64,000 nt of DNA from Rhynchobatus australiae (Eukaryota), in contig JAUZTB010000068.1 in assembly GCA_034780895.1 (NCBI GenBank), positions 18,646,565 through 18,710,564 of the forward strand, in the 5' to 3' direction. Within the stretch, counting starts at the first letter, position 1. Each line of letters starts with the position of its first letter. Of the stretch, positions 1-13,815 are shown in pieces. The notes below the pieces were generated by a model. The model worked only from the letters and a program-made list of their open reading frames with translations. It searched no databases and was not told the origin of the DNA. A program made the translations under genes and the position numbers.

Positions 1-270
1 GCATAAAAGATCCTATAACACTAATTTGAAGAAGAGTGGGTACAAAAGATACCAGGATGACTCAGTTTCAAAGAAGAGCAAGGAAATTATCTGCAATCTT
101 TTGGACAATATATATTCCTCAGCCAGCACCTAAAAACAGATTTTCCAGTTATCACATTGCTGATTATGTACTTCCCTGCAGATTCCCAACGTTACTAATA
201 TGACGACAATTTTCTGAAGTACTTCTTTTACTGTAAAATGATTTGGGATGTCTCGAGGACATGAGAGGTA
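1..270 (+). mobile_element. Deu-domain SINE remnant (SacSINE1/AmnSINE1-like)
   Basis: TAAAAGATCC...GAAGAGCAAGG...TATATTCCTCAGCCAGCACCTAAAAACAGATT...ATCACATTGCTG. Confidence 0.55.
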
Positions 271-379
271 ATTTACTCCCTACTTGATCCAGCATGTACA
301 AGGCCGGCATGTACTGTTGATCTCTGTTTACCCTTAAGCTAAGGTGGCACACTGATGGGCTTAGAGTTAGCAATAGACC

Positions 380-616
380 TGATGGGCAAGGATGGCAGAT
401 TTCTTTCCATGAAGGATATTAGTGAACTGGGTGGGTTATTACATCAATCCAGTAGTTCCTTAATTTCTGTAATGAATCTAACTTTAGAGCTCGTAAAAGA
501 ATTTGGTTTTAATTACTTGAATTTCTAATTCACAGATTCAATAGTGGAATTTGAACTTATTTCCCAGGATCAGTGGTCTAAGTCTCTGAATTACTTAACC
601 ACCATGGTACCATGCC
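380..616 (-). mobile_element. LF-SINE-like tRNA SINE remnant
   Basis: AAGGATGGCAGATTTCTTTCCATGAAGGATATTAGTGAACTGG...GTGGAATTTGAAC. Confidence 0.5.
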
Positions 617-1351
617 ATGAGAGAGGTAGAATAGTATTGCACTGCTATAAAAATGTAAGAGTTTCTTTCTCATCCAAAAGAAAGCACTCACAAAAGCATA
701 TTTTAAAGGACAACTTGGATTTGTAAAAATTGCTCTTTTTCCCAAATGCCTAAGTTGTAAGATCAAATTGTCGTTGGAATAAAGAAGCCTGCAATTTACG
801 AACAGGGAGTTGGCTTCCCTTGGCTGAAGCAGAGAAATGCCACATGTAAGGGCCCTGATAATCTTGTAATGCACAAGGACTTTCCAGCCCTCCACCACTG
901 TGTCTGCAATATAGCTGTGTAGTGCCTCTCAAGTGAATCAAAGGAAATGCTGCTCCAATGGTAAGCCAGTGTACAGTCATTTCCACAATTATGTAAATAA
1001 CTGTCTGCTTCTCTGGCAGCTTACACAATGCTTTTATCCTCAAGAAATGGCTTTTCCAGCAACCTTTGTAGAAGGACAAGGATCAAAGTACTGGTTGCCC
1101 ATACATTACCATGATGAATAAAACAGAATGACATAATGAAGCTCAGTAGAATTACCACTGAAAACACAATAGGCATCCTGAGGCAGAGGTTTCATTACAC
1201 TAAAATCATATTTGCACATTGAATGTCACATAGGATAGGGTGCCCATCTGGAGAAACAAGTGGAAAAAGCCAGAGGAGGAAAAGTAGGATTTACCAGGTA
1301 GGGATCCTGAAAGATTACGACAGTCAAAGCTCCATTTAGCTGTACTGTCTG

Positions 1352-1507
1352 GTCCAAAGACATGCGGGTTAGGAAGCCGTGGGCACACTCTGTTGGTGCC
1401 GGAAGCATGGCGATATTCATGGGCTGCCCCCACAGCACTCAACACAAAAGATGCATTTCACTGTGTGTTTCAATGTGCATGTGACTAATAAAGATATCTT
1501 ATCTTAC
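1352..1507 (+). mobile_element. 5'-truncated V-SINE, alternative-tail subfamily
   Basis: GCCGGAAGCATGGCGA...GATGCATTTCACTGTGTGTTTC...AATAAAGATATCTTATCTTA, similar to 28975-29104. Confidence 0.7.
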
Positions 1508-2542
1508 CTTAAATGTGATCCTGGAATTTTTCTCCTACATATCCCATCCAGTAGAAGAGCCAGGTCCCGTCCCTCCCTCTTGGCCATTTCTCCAGTAAAA
1601 TTATCCCTGAAAAATCTGCTCAGAATCCATTCACTCTCTCCAAGGTGCCACATTTGACTGAGATCTTAACAGCCAACGAGATCAAAGTATGCTGCAGTAT
1701 CCAATGCACTTACTGTATGCACATCCAAACTGTCAACTTAATTTTTTTCTGTCACAGGGATTCCCCTTTCTAACCGTGGGTGTCTTTTGTGCCTAGCTAA
1801 CCAGTCAGATGATTTGTGAAAGTATTCCCTCAGGCAGCAGGATGGCGGCTGTGTATTAGTGTCAGGATACAGAACCCCAGCATAGCTGTTAATATCTACC
1901 AGCCAAAACACCAGATGGGTCGGCATCAGGCTAGTACTCACTCACTGCTGTGGAACAGCTTGGCCTTGCCCATCTTCAGGCTGCTGTGCAATTGAAGAGG
2001 GAATCTGATAATTATGGAGGTGGAACTTTTCAGAGAGAAAATTTTCAACTGCACGTTCTCCTGATCTTTGTTGCCTTCTGATTTGAGGTTTATGAGACCC
2101 ACGACAGGGATAGCACTGAGAAGCCTGTCCTGTGAGGCTGCCTAGGAAATCAGCCACACAAGCTCAAAGCTTTCATTCCAGAAGTGGGAGAATTCATGAA
2201 AACACCAAAACTAGAGCAAGGCCTCCTTGCATGTGTTTCTATAGTTCTCTCCTCACTGGAGCTATTAACTAGGTAGTAGCCTTCATTCTTAGATGGTGCT
2301 GGGTTAGCTACCCATTCAAAGAGCATCCGTATACTTTGTTCACTATGATTAGGATCATACTCAGGCAGAATGAGGCCTCTACTTTGTCATCTTATTGCAA
2401 ATGTTTGATTGTCCTTCTACTTCACTGGTTCCTGTGACCACTCAAGATCCCCCCCCCTTATTCTATCTAAACTCCGTTAATCAATTTAATTGGGCGGCAA
2501 AATGCCTATTTTTGGAATCATGACAAGATATCAGGTTAGCTG

Positions 2543-2903
2543 GAGAAACAAAGGACTGCTGATGCTGGAATCTAGAAGNNNNNNNNNNNNNNNNNNNNNN
2601 NNNNNNNNNNNNNNNNNNNNNNNNNNNNNNNNNNNNNNNNNNNNNNNNNNNNNNNNNNNNNNNNNNNNNNNNNNNNNNNNNNNNNNNNNNNNNNNNNNNN
2701 NNNNNNNNNNNNNNNNNNNNNNNNNNNNNNNNNNNNNNNNNNNNNNNNNNNNNNNNNNNNNNNNNNNNNNNNNNNNNNNNNNNNNNNNNNNNNNNNNNNN
2801 NNNNNNNNNNNNNNNNNNNNNNNNNNNNNNNNNNNNNNNNNNNNNNNNNNNNNNNNNNNNTGGCCTACTGAGTTCCTCCAGCATCATCATGTTTTTTTTA
2901 AAC
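2543..2903. mobile_element. Penelope-type short element, inverted arms, centre in gap
   Basis: Arms GACTGCTGATGCTGGAATCT and CTGAGTTCCTCCAGC; TSD CAGGTTAGCTG at 2532-2542 and 2904-2914. Confidence 0.7.
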
Positions 2904-3641
2904 CAGGTTAGCTGTTGCCTGCAAATTCCATGACAGCTCTGGTAAAATAACCAGCAACTTTTGAAGCAAACACAAAATAAATTTAATGAGTGTTACTTAC
3001 ATTTAAAGAATTCTGCTCCTTTGGGATCAGATCAGTGGGCAGAATGTTAGAGACCAGAAGGTGGTGCAGGTTGGAAGAGCAGGTACTGATGCTTCTTATT
3101 TTCTGGTCAGTGTTGTTATTAGAAGTTGATTTAGATCATGACAATTATTGAGAATGGGAAAATGGAAAAAACAAAAAGATAACCCTTCATTTTCACTATT
3201 TCCTGTCTCACCTTTCATGTTCTGTGCACGTGCTTCCACAGTTCTTTCCTCACTGGAGCTATTCCCTAGATAGAGACGAGGCTTTCTTCACTACCTGTGT
3301 CAGGGCACTCTATGACATTGTTCAAGTCATCTCTCTTAATGTTCTTTCCTATATTTGGTACTTCCAACTTCTTTAGTGAAGTATGACCCTGAAGGTATTC
3401 CTACATGGAAGAGACATCCTGCAAACTTACATAACATGTGCTATGATAACACACCTCATTATCTTTTTCCACTGGAAACAGCTTTCCTCATACTCTCCTC
3501 CCCAGTTTTCTCCACCCTCACCTTCAACAAGAGGAAAGAACACATGACAACCTTTGACTCCTAAATTATGACCATCTGGCCAATTGCATTCCACATTTCT
3601 GCCATTCCCCAACGATCCAGGATGAAATTCTCATATTAATC

Positions 3642-3772
3642 CAGGTGAAGAGTCTTGACTCAAAACCTTGTCTGTCCATTTCCCTTCACAGATACTGCCT
3701 GACCCACTGGGATCTTCCTGCAGCTCATCTTTGCTCCAGGTTCCAGTATTTGCAGTCTCTTGTGTCTCCATC
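3642..3772 (+). mobile_element. Penelope-type ~130-bp monomer with degenerate hammerhead-like head
   Basis: CAGGTGAAGAGTCTTGACTCAAAAC...TGCAGTCTCTTGTGTCTCC; 12/14 TSD at 3628-3641 and 3773-3786. Confidence 0.65.
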
Positions 3773-6142
3773 TTCTCTTATTAACCTACTAGCACCAGGC
3801 CCAAAGTCACTCTTGGCCCTTCTTTCTCCCTCACTGTCCCCCCACCCCCGTCCTATCCAAGTCTATATAATCAATGAGACTCACTTTCTGCTCCTTTAAT
3901 CCCATTTGCATGAACTTGCTTTGTTTACAGTTCTGTCCGCAGTTACTGCTTTTTTTTCCCCTTATTCAAGTTAGGTGGGACCATTCCTGCCTGGTTCAAT
4001 TTTTACCCATTTAATGGATGAGGGACACCTATTTTCTAGCCTGAGAATCACCAGCAGTAGTTTCTCTTCCCACAGTACAATCATTACGTTCTGGATCACC
4101 CAGAGATGTGCCCTCAGCCATCTCATGTTTATATTTACACCCTGCACCTTGGTGACATCATTCAAATCAGAGTGATAATTTCCANNNNNNNNNNNNNNNN
4201 NNNNNNNNNNNNNNNNNNNNNNNNNNNNNNNNNNNNNNNNNNNNNNNNNNNNNNNNNNNNNNNNNNNNNNNNNNNNNNNNNNNNNNNNNNNNNNNNNNNN
4301 NNNNNNNNNNNNNNNNNNNNNNNNNNNNNNNNNNNNNNNNNNNNNNNNNNNNNNNNNNNNNNNNNNNNNNNNNNNNNNNNNNNNNNNNNNNNNNNNNNNN
4401 NNNNNNNNNNNNNNNNNNNNNNNNNNNNNNNNNNNNNNNNNNNNNNNNNNNNNNNNNNNNNNNNNNNNNNNNNNNNNNNNNNNNNNNNNNNNNNNNTCCT
4501 TTTAAGAAGATCCTTAAAATCTACCCTTAGACCAAGCTTTTGGTGATCTGCACCAATACCTCCTTACATGGGTCTGTGCAAATTTTTGTTTGATAATACT
4601 ATTTTTTAACTAAGTTGGAATGTTTAGCTATGCTAAAACTGTTAATATAAATATACTTTTTACTCTTATACACTCTTATATAATATAAATAAGAGGATTT
4701 TGTAGGATAAATAACATTTTTGTTAAGAGGTTCAGAAAACACATGCAAAGGTTTAATCTTAACCTTCACTCCTCTGGTTAGGTTAAACATTTTTGAATTG
4801 TATTCTTGCCACGTAAATGGCTTTTCTGGTTAGGTAGCCTCTTGCCTTGATGTGTGTGCCTCAGTCTTCTGTACCTTCCTTTTTTGGCATCAACTTCAAC
4901 AGTGGCTCAACTGCCTCCTGATCAAAGTAAAGTGCCCTCAGGCTGCCTCACACAGTGCTGGATTAAACACTTCTACTGTAGCTTTAAAATATCTCATTTT
5001 CACCAATTTTGTTTAAAAATTAAGCTGCGGAAGTATGGCAGAATAATTGTTGATAAATTACAGGGGTTCAAAGTATTAATCTTTGTTTAGACTGCTGTAT
5101 TTCCTCCGTGGTAATCCCAAACAACAAAGAGGGAACATCTACTGTCAACATCTATGGGCTTGCTGCCAAGAGTCTCTGATTGTATCCACTCAAATGTCTC
5201 AATGCACCCACAAAATGGGTTACTGAAATTTGACTTCAAGTTGTGATAATGTGTTGAGTTCCCCAGCACGGATCTGAGGACATCAGCCTCATAATGCCCA
5301 GCAGTGAGGCACACAGGCTACTATTTTTCAATGTCAATTCCAGTGTTATCTTATAATTCATACAACTGTTAGATTCCGTGCCAAGGCTGATAAATTGTGA
5401 AGTGGCCTTTCATTTAATGATGACTTTGTTTGATAGTAATTCTGTCAAAATCTAAGAAAAACTTTTCAATGCATTAAGTTTAAAGGCTCTAAGATCATTA
5501 AATCTAAAGTGGAGTCAGGTCTGGCAACAGTCAAAGCCACTGCACTTTTGTCTTCATAGCTGAAGTTCCTTATTTAAATTTGTCCACAAAACATTAAGAA
5601 GGATGAGTCACAGATTCAAAACATCATTCAGAATCTTTGAATTCCTTGTAAAATCACCACCAGAAAAAAAGATCAATGATAAACCTTTCCTCTTGATTTA
5701 AGATTTCTTTCTTCAGCGACTGGCCATATAGTTTAATTTCAAAACATAAACCTTTGTCTCAGAAAATAATGCAAGTCCTGCCTAAGGTCACTCCTGTCAC
5801 TTGTGCCTTGCAGGTGGCATCGGGTGGTTGATAAGTAAAATGCTAAATGCAGAATGCAGAATACACCCTCTCATGCTAATAGCCACAACATTTTTGCAGT
5901 TGCCCAAGTCGAGTTTCTGGCCAATGGTGATCCAGATATACAGCACGGAAACAGGTCCTCTAGCCCACCAGGTCAGCATTGACCATCAATCACCCATCTT
6001 CATTACATTGAGTGTTGGGACTCTCCAGTCAAAATGTTACTGACTATCAATGGTTGGTGGTTAACCTCTCTCATTTGAACCATCCTTAGCAGTTACATGG
6101 CAAAATGTTGCAAAATATTTATCAATCCAAGTTTGTATGTTG

Positions 6143-6293
6143 GAGACACAAGAGACTACAGATGCTGGAATCTGGTGCAACAAACAAAATGCTGGAGGAA
6201 CTCAGCAGGTCAGGCAGCATCTGTGGAAGAAAATGGACAGTCGATGTTTCAGGTCAAGACCCTTCATTATGTCCAGACATTTTGTTTGTTGCT
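6143..6293 (-). mobile_element. Penelope-type short element with short inverted arm
   Basis: GAGACACAAGAGACTACAGATGCTGGAATCTGG...TCGATGTTTCAGGTCAAGACCCTTCAT; 12/15 TSD at 6128-6142 and 6294-6308. Confidence 0.7.
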
Positions 6294-9159
6294 CAAGACT
6301 GTATGCTGTCCAGGTTATGTTATATGCAGACAGAGATTAATTCATTCTCTGAGGAATTACAAATGGAATTGATTCTGTAATCATCAGCAAACAGCTCCCA
6401 CTTTTCAACCAATAAGAATTAATAACTGAACCAAAAATGAGAACCAAAGATTCACTAAAATANNNNNNNNNNNNNNNNNNNNNNNNNNNNNNNNNNNNNN
6501 NNNNNNNNNNNNNNNNNNNNNNNNNNNNNNNNNNNNNNNNNNNNNNNNNNNNNNNNNNNNNNNNNNNNNNNNNNNNNNNNNNNNNNNNNNNNNNNNNNNN
6601 NNNNNNNNNNNNNNNNNNNNNNNNNNNNNNNNNNNNNNNNNNNNNNNNNNNNNNNNNNNNNNNNNNNNNNNNNNNNNNNNNNNNNNNNNNNNNNNNNNNN
6701 NNNNNNNNNNNNNNNNNNNNNNNNNNNNNNNNNNNNNNNNNNNNNNNNNNNNNNNNNNNNNNNNNNNNNNNNNNNNNNNNNNNNNNNNNNNNNNNNNNNN
6801 NNNNNNNNNNNNNNNNNNNNNNNNNNNNNNNNNNNNNNNNNNNNNNNNNNNNNNNNNNNNNNNNNNNNNNNNNNNNNNNNNNNNNNNNNTTAGATAGCCA
6901 ATAACTCAGGGGATTCAAAATTACATTGGTTCACAAAAATACAACTGCCAAGCAAATAGCCCCAGAGGATGTTTGATATTGAACAGTATTAATAGTCTCT
7001 TTTCTGCAGAACTAATTGATCCTTTTTGACTCTTTGATCAATATGTGATTGCAGGAAACTACATTTGTCCAAACAGAAATCATGTGCGCTGCAGAGCAGA
7101 TAACAGTAATTGCTTTGCACTCAACAGATATCAGAACATTAACTATTAGTTTACTCCCTGAGAATAACTTTCATAAGTAATGTATAGAAACTTGGTTAGT
7201 CTATTCCTCCTCATACATAGGAGGTGTCCATTCAATCCATCGAGTTTATGCTGGCTTGCAGAGCAACCCCATTCCCCTCACAAATTCTCCCTGCAATCCA
7301 TGTGGAGTATTAAGACAGTTCTGATCTCTGTACTCTAGAAGGGATATTGAAGCAATGAACAGACTCAAAAAGATTTATTCAAATGAAACACCAATTGAGA
7401 GAAAGGTTGAATTGAGTGCAATTTTTTTTCTGGCAAAATTACTGCAAGGGTCGGAGCAGAACTGGGAAGTTAGGATTATGGAACAACATATTCTATCCTC
7501 CAAATGAACAGCAGTGACAAGTATTCTCAGTTCAATGCTTGTACCTTATTAAATTTAATGGGGAATTCAGGAATAAATTCTTTGCCCAGAGGGAGATTAG
7601 AATGTGGAACTTGCTACCACAGAATAGTTTATGCAGATAACACAGATGCATTCAAGAGAGAGACAAGCAACCACGTAAAAAGGGAAATAAATGGATGGGT
7701 ATGTTGGTGGGAATAGAAGCTTTGTAATACCTGTAATAAATGTACGTTGATGCCTTTCAAAACCAGGTTGGGTGCGAATTCTCTGCCTTCTTCAAAAATT
7801 GCTAGTTGTAAACAATATTAGCATTAAACATGCCATAATAGAGGTAAAATAATAAAATAAATGATGTAACATATAGATAACACATGCAATTTTTCCTTGT
7901 AATAGATGTTCTTAACACAATGCAACTATGATGGTTTGATAATATTAAGAGACAATAAAATCCCCAAAGATAGACTCCACATTATTCCCCTTGCTGAAAG
8001 AAAAGGGCTTTAGAACAAATTTAAGGACTCCTTGAAGCAACATCCAATGCAAATGGCATCATCCTGAAGGATAACTACAACAAGCTCAACAGGCTTTTCA
8101 CCATACAAGTGTAATGTGGCAGGTTCCTATTTATGTCTCTGAACATAATTGGATGAGATAATAAAATTCCTAAGAGTTCTTTACCCAGTTCTCCTTACCC
8201 AAATGCAAATTGTCATTGAAGACAAAGAATGGCAACATACATTTTTTTTTCTCTTATTAATTTCTCACCATTCGGTCTAGATACTTAAATTCATGTTACT
8301 GAATGATTCATGCATTCAACATCAAGTGTCTACCCCAGAAAAGTCCCTGAGGTGGCTGATGCAGAGAAGCTGAATTAACGTCATTACATATGGTGATTAA
8401 CAACACCAATTAGGACAGTTTGATTATTGGCTAATTCAGCTCTCAGAACCAATAAATCCCCTGGTATTTTTTCCAACATTAATCAGAATGTTTCATAATG
8501 ATTTTTAAAAATAATTCTGAAAATGAGACCTCACCCTTATTCTTTGTTTTTATTTATCATAGTGGCATTTTTACTCCCACGAAAACAACTAAATTTTACT
8601 TTTATTATATATAACTTGCTGATTTGTTGTATATGTTAGAAATATGCTTGTATCTACTGCATGAATTTGTAAAGATATAGATTCAAGCTTCAAGTTAAGA
8701 TGTTGGCACTTAATTGAGGCTGGTAGATCAATGCGGTAGGATGCTGATTCATAAACAGTCTTTCAGATAGGTTGTTAATTCAACCCTTCTACTTACACAA
8801 GTGCAAATTACAACTAAAAATCCATTTTTAAAGAGCTCTCCCAAGTGAAAAAAACTTTTAACTGGTCACCATCTACAACAGCCTCACTAGTCATAGTTTC
8901 AGGAGGAACCAGTGTTACAAACCAGCAACAGAAGAAGCACACCGAGACATGTATAAGTGTTAAAATCTTCTTTATTGATAACTACTTATGATAATAAGTA
9001 AAATAAAAGTAAAAATATTAGAATGTTAGAAGTAAAAATGTTAAACCCCGAACANNNNNNNNNNNNNNNNNNNNNNNNNNNNNNNNNNNNNNNNNNNNNN
9101 NNNNNNNNNNNNNNNNNNNNNNNNNNNNNNNNNNNNNNNNNNNNNNNNNNNNNNAGTCA

Positions 9160-9430
9160 GGAAGACGTGGGTCCAAGTCCTATTCCATTGTTGAGTACAA
9201 GAATTTAGACTAATGCTTCCAGTGTAACACAGAGGAAGGGTGCATTATTTTTCAGATGAGATATTGCACTGAGACACCGTTTGGCCTCCCAGATGCAGAC
9301 CAAAGATCCATGCCATCATTTAGTAGAGGAATAGCAAGAGTTATCCCCAGTGTCCTAGCCTATATTTATTCCTCATTCAACATTCCTGAAAAGCAGATTT
9401 TTCAAGGCACCCTGAAAGAGAGTAGATAAA
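9160..9430 (+). mobile_element. Deu-domain SINE remnant
   Basis: TTCAGATGAGA...AAAGATCCATGCC...CCCCAGTGTCCTAGCCTATATTTATTCCTCA. Confidence 0.6.
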
Positions 9431-9479
9431 TGTTGTCAATTTTTTTTTTACTCCTTAACTGCACCTGCCTCTATTCTGC

Positions 9480-9995
9480 CTTATCTACACCTGCGGCATC
9501 TTCAGATTTGACCATGCTGTAGCTCTCCTACAACTCCATCCTGTTTCCTCAACAAACTTCAACTCATCCAAAAGTTACCATATCCTATAGTCACTCATCA
9601 TCCTATCAACTTACTTTGGCTCCCAGTATTCCAAATTCAATTTAATGTTCAGACTGCTTCACAGTCCTATTCCTCCGCATCTACAATGATCTCCTCTAGC
9701 CTTATTGCAACCTCACATTCCCACTGAGTTTTCCTGATTAGCTAGCAATTAATTCTTCCTATCTGTTGCCCCACCACTTGTAACCACATTTTGAGCCTTC
9801 CAATTCCCATGGTGTGGAATCTCTCCCCAACAAACTCCATCCCACTCTCCTCCTCTAAGAACACACCTTAAAGCCCTTATCACTGACAGACTCTTGGGTT
9901 ACCTGTCTATTTCTTCTACTTCGGTTTGTCTTTCATTTTATTTAATTAGTGTAAAGCATCTTGAGATGCTATTTCTGGTGCTGAATAAATGTAAG
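9480..9995 (+). mobile_element. L2 LINE 3' remnant
   Basis: CAGATTTGACCATGC...AAACTTCAACTCATCCAAAA...GTGGAATCTCTCCCC...GTGTAAAGCATCTTGAGATG. Confidence 0.5.
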
Positions 9996-10829
9996 CTGAT
10001 GTTGTTTTAATATAGTAAACACAGATGGCATATTTAATAACTAAAAGGCTTGAGCAGTCATTTGATCCCATATAAAGATCACAAAATGGTATCTGCATCT
10101 TGAAATTCATACAGTGCAGGCTTCCTGTAATATACTTATCCATGTGATCCAATTTGTTCCATTTAACCAAAGTTCATTTTGGCCACATGAATGCCAAATA
10201 GTTAATATATGTCTTTGAACTTCCTTTTAGATTTGACTGTTTGATCAGTCAGCTAAAAAAAAAAATTGGAAAATGTTTAGCCATTAATTTTGAACGTGAA
10301 CAGTAAATTAACAAATGGATTTGAATTGAGGGCTCTGGTTTCAGAAGTAATGCAAACTATTTAATTAAGTACCAGACAGCAAAATAACTGGTCACATATC
10401 AACATACATTTACTTACAAACCCTGCAACTCTGCATTTATATACTGAGGTCAAGAGGAGAACTTTTCTTTTAAAAATTCAAAACGCTGTTCTTAAAAAGT
10501 TTTTCTTTTAATTTACAAAAGGTACCTCGGAAAAGACCATTCTGATTGAAGAGTCAGCGACAAGGGATTTATTGAATAATTATGTTATTTCAGTTTTTCT
10601 CTTAATCTCCTTTGTAACATGTTTAGTGAGGCAGCTTTTTCTTTTATTCAGTTTACTGATTGTGGTAGTTCTTCAACGCAATTCATGTTGCTGGATGTAA
10701 CAGATTCCCTGGAACTGTTGGCCGATTGCAGCCAACATTGGAAAAGAAGAGACCACTAGATCTTGGTAGGCAGCTTTCTTCAACGTCAGCAATGAGCACT
10801 TTTTCCTTGACATTAACTAAAAAGTTATA

Positions 10830-11232
10830 AAGACTGGATAGGCTGGGTTTGTTTCCCCTGGGGCAGAGGAGGGAGGTGGGGGGCTGTGAACCTGATATGG
10901 GTATGTAAAATTATGAGAGGGATAGATTGGGTAGATATTGACAAACTTTTACCCTTTCTGTGGTTATCTAAGACATGTTTCACGTGGGGGGGGGGGAGTT
11001 TAGAGGGGATCTAAGGCAGAATTTTTCACATAGAGGGTGGTTGGTGTCTGGAATGCACTGCCTGGAGGCAGAAACTTTCCTGACATTTAGAAAGCATCTG
11101 GACAAGGAATCTAAATCACAGAGACATACAAGGCTACAGACCCATACCAGTAAATGGGATTAGTGTATAAAGATACAACTGACGGCATGGACATAGTGGG
11201 CTAAAAGGCCTGTTTCTGTGCTATGATTCTAT
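10830..11232 (+). mobile_element. CR1 LINE 3' end
   Basis: TATGAGAGGGATAGATTGGGTAGA...TTTTCACATAGAGGGTGG...GGCCTGTTTCTGTGCTATGATTCTATG. Confidence 0.75.
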
Positions 11233-11362
11233 GGAAGCAAGCAAAGAAGCAGGGATTTCGGAGGCAGCTGCTCAGAAAATCTCTTCACACGAGTGTTGCT
11301 AGGGCCTGGAATGTTTTGCTACAAGAAGGATCATTTCATCACTTGAAAGACANNNNNNNNNN

Positions 11363-11545
11363 ACAGCATCTTTGGGGGGGGAAAGAAATTGTTGATCTTT
11401 TGGGTCAAAAGCCTGAATCAATCCTGATCCAGGGTTTTGATCTGAAATAACATTAATTCCTTTCTCCCCACAGATACTGCTCAACCCACTGAATTCCTCC
11501 AGCAGACTATTTATTGCCCCAGATTCCAGCATCTGCAATCTCTTG
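11363..11545. mobile_element. Penelope-type fold-back element
   Basis: Inverted arms meet near 11421 (GGGTCAAAAGCCTGAATCA / TGATCCAGGGTTTTGATCTGAAA). Confidence 0.65.
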
Positions 11546-12174
11546 GGGCAAGAGAAGAGTCGGCTTCCTTCATGTTAAGAAGGGCAATGCCAGCACAAAG
11601 GCCCAAGTGACCTCTTCGAGTGCAACAAACCCATACTTTCAAATGCCTGGAGAAACCCACATTCCTGTTTATTTTGGTGAACATTCTGAAAAATGCAGGT
11701 ATTCACTTTGATAGGTGACATTTGGTAAAATCTTTTTACTTATTTATGTTAACAGTCCACATTCACCATGTGTGGAACCTGCCATTATCAGTCATTGCAC
11801 CATCTCATCTGTGCTGGTAAGAGAATACTCTTCACACAGTGTGTTTATCAAAACTTGGATTTTCAGTGTAGCAATACATTTTATACATCATGAACAAGTA
11901 CCCCAAGCCTTGTGATGCCTTAAGTTATAGAAAAAATTAACATGTTGTGTCTTAATGTTTAGATAATCTAATCACACAAATGTAGTTCCTAACATGAGAC
12001 AGGTGCCTTAAGATGCCTCACACATTACAGTGCATTTTGTGTAATCAGGCAAATCTTCAATTGTGTCAAAATTTTCAACCAAAAAAATCCCCCCTTCCTT
12101 TCATCTACATCAAATAGCTCCTTCAAATCCACTCTCAACATGTCCTCAGTCCACTTCCCTAATTTAAAATAAAA

Positions 12175-12310
12175 AAAAATGATGGAGACACTCAGCAGGT
12201 TAGGCAGCATCAATGGAAAGTGAAAAAAGAGTTAGTTTTAGGTTAAACCTTTGTCAGATCCTTTTAAGACTCTACGTTTTATGTCAGATTTCTGACATCT
12301 GTAATTTTCA
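12175..12310 (-). mobile_element. Degenerate Penelope-type short element
   Basis: CACTCAGCAGGTTAGGCAGCATC motif. Confidence 0.5.
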
Positions 12311-13049
12311 TTTATCCTTCTCTAATTTGTCTCAACTCCATGGGATCCACTTCTTGGTAAAAACCATTGGGTTGTTTATTATTGTGTATACTATGATTTT
12401 TTTTAGGTAGAAACCTAATTGGGTCATAGGGAAGAGAATCACCAAGATAGATTTAATGTGACATTTTTTGTTAGTTCTGAGAAACTTTCAAAATAAGAAA
12501 TAAATTCAGCAAGGAAATCGAAGTAATGACAAGGGCAAAGAATCAAGCTCAAAATATGACAGAGAATGAGAATATCATGTATTAGAAAAATCTTATCTGG
12601 TGTAGTACTGCCCTCTAATGGAAAAGTAGTATCAGTGGCTTTAGACATTGTGGAAGTGCAGAATTATTTAAACCTTTTTTGCTCTGCCCCATTTCAGTGA
12701 GGCTTTTCTCTTCTGGGCCCTACCCACCATTCTACATTGAAATTATAAATGCTGAATAATTCATTTTTATAATTGCTCCTGCTTCCAACTTTACCATATT
12801 CCATTCAGGAAGCCTGCTCCCTCACAGCTTCAGGCTTGGTATGCAGAGGCCCTGCATACACTCAAGTCAGTGTAAAAGATCACACTGCACTATTTAAAAG
12901 TAAAACACTAGATTTATTCACAGCTAGTATTTATCATCAATCAACTTTAATGAAAGACACATCACTGGTTATTATACATTGCTGCTTTTGAGAACATGCC
13001 ATGACCAAAATGGTTGGTGTGCTTCCCAGTACATTTCTCATATTTTCTC

Positions 13050-13505
13050 ATGATGGGCAGTCATCGGCCCATCCAGTTTGTACCAGCTCCCAGAACAATC
13101 CCATCAGTCTCATTGCCCCATTTGTTTCCCCATAAACTAGCCTCTCCCACATGCCCATCAACTTTGCCCCGATTCTCCTGCTACTCATCTTCACTACAGG
13201 TGACCTATTAACCTGTCAGCACATCTTTGGGATGTGGGATGAAATCAGAGCATCCGGGGGTTGGGGGGGGGGGGGAGGGGGGTGGAGAGACAACCCACAT
13301 GATCACAGAGANNNNNNNNNNNNNNNNNNNNNNNNNNNNNNNNNNNNNNNNNNNNNNNNNNNNNNNNNNNNNNNNNNNNNNNNNNNNNNNNNNNNNNNNN
13401 NNNNNNNNNNNTGATCACAGAGAGAATGGGGAATGAGCAACCTCCACAATGACAAGAGCCAAAATCTGGATCAAACCCAGCAGCACTAATTACTGCACCA
13501 CTGCG
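13050..13505 (-). mobile_element. V-SINE, reverse orientation, interrupted by a G-tract and a gap
   Basis: TTAACCTGTCAGCACATCTTTGGGATGTGGGATGAAATCAGAGCATCCGG. Confidence 0.6.
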
Positions 13506-13719
13506 AAGAGGCAACTTCTGAAGTTCGAGAAAGATCAAGATCAATAGAGTTTAAATGGCTGAATAAATAAATAGTAATTATTATTCGACTTTAGTCATCA
13601 CTTTTTATAAGCTCTTATTGTCACTAGAACAAGCTGCTCTTGTCCTAGTATTTAAATAGTACGTAGCTAGTTTTGAATTGACAGAACCTTATTTTAACAA
13701 TGAATAGCTTTAGAAATAG

Positions 13720-13815
13720 TTCTGGTAAAAGGTTATTAACCTGAAACATAACTCTTTTTTTCTTCTCACAGGTGCTGCCTGACCTACTGAGCATTTTCAA
13801 CATTTTCTGTTTTTG
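13720..13815 (+). mobile_element. Degenerate Penelope-type short element
   Basis: ACCTGAAACATAAC...GCTGCCTGACCTACTGAGCATTTTC. Confidence 0.55.

Noticed and set aside
10652-10765. Exon-like plus-strand segment (polypyrimidine-AG ... GTAGG)
   Set aside because: All three frames contain stops and I found no partner exons; a lncRNA exon cannot be excluded but is unsupported.
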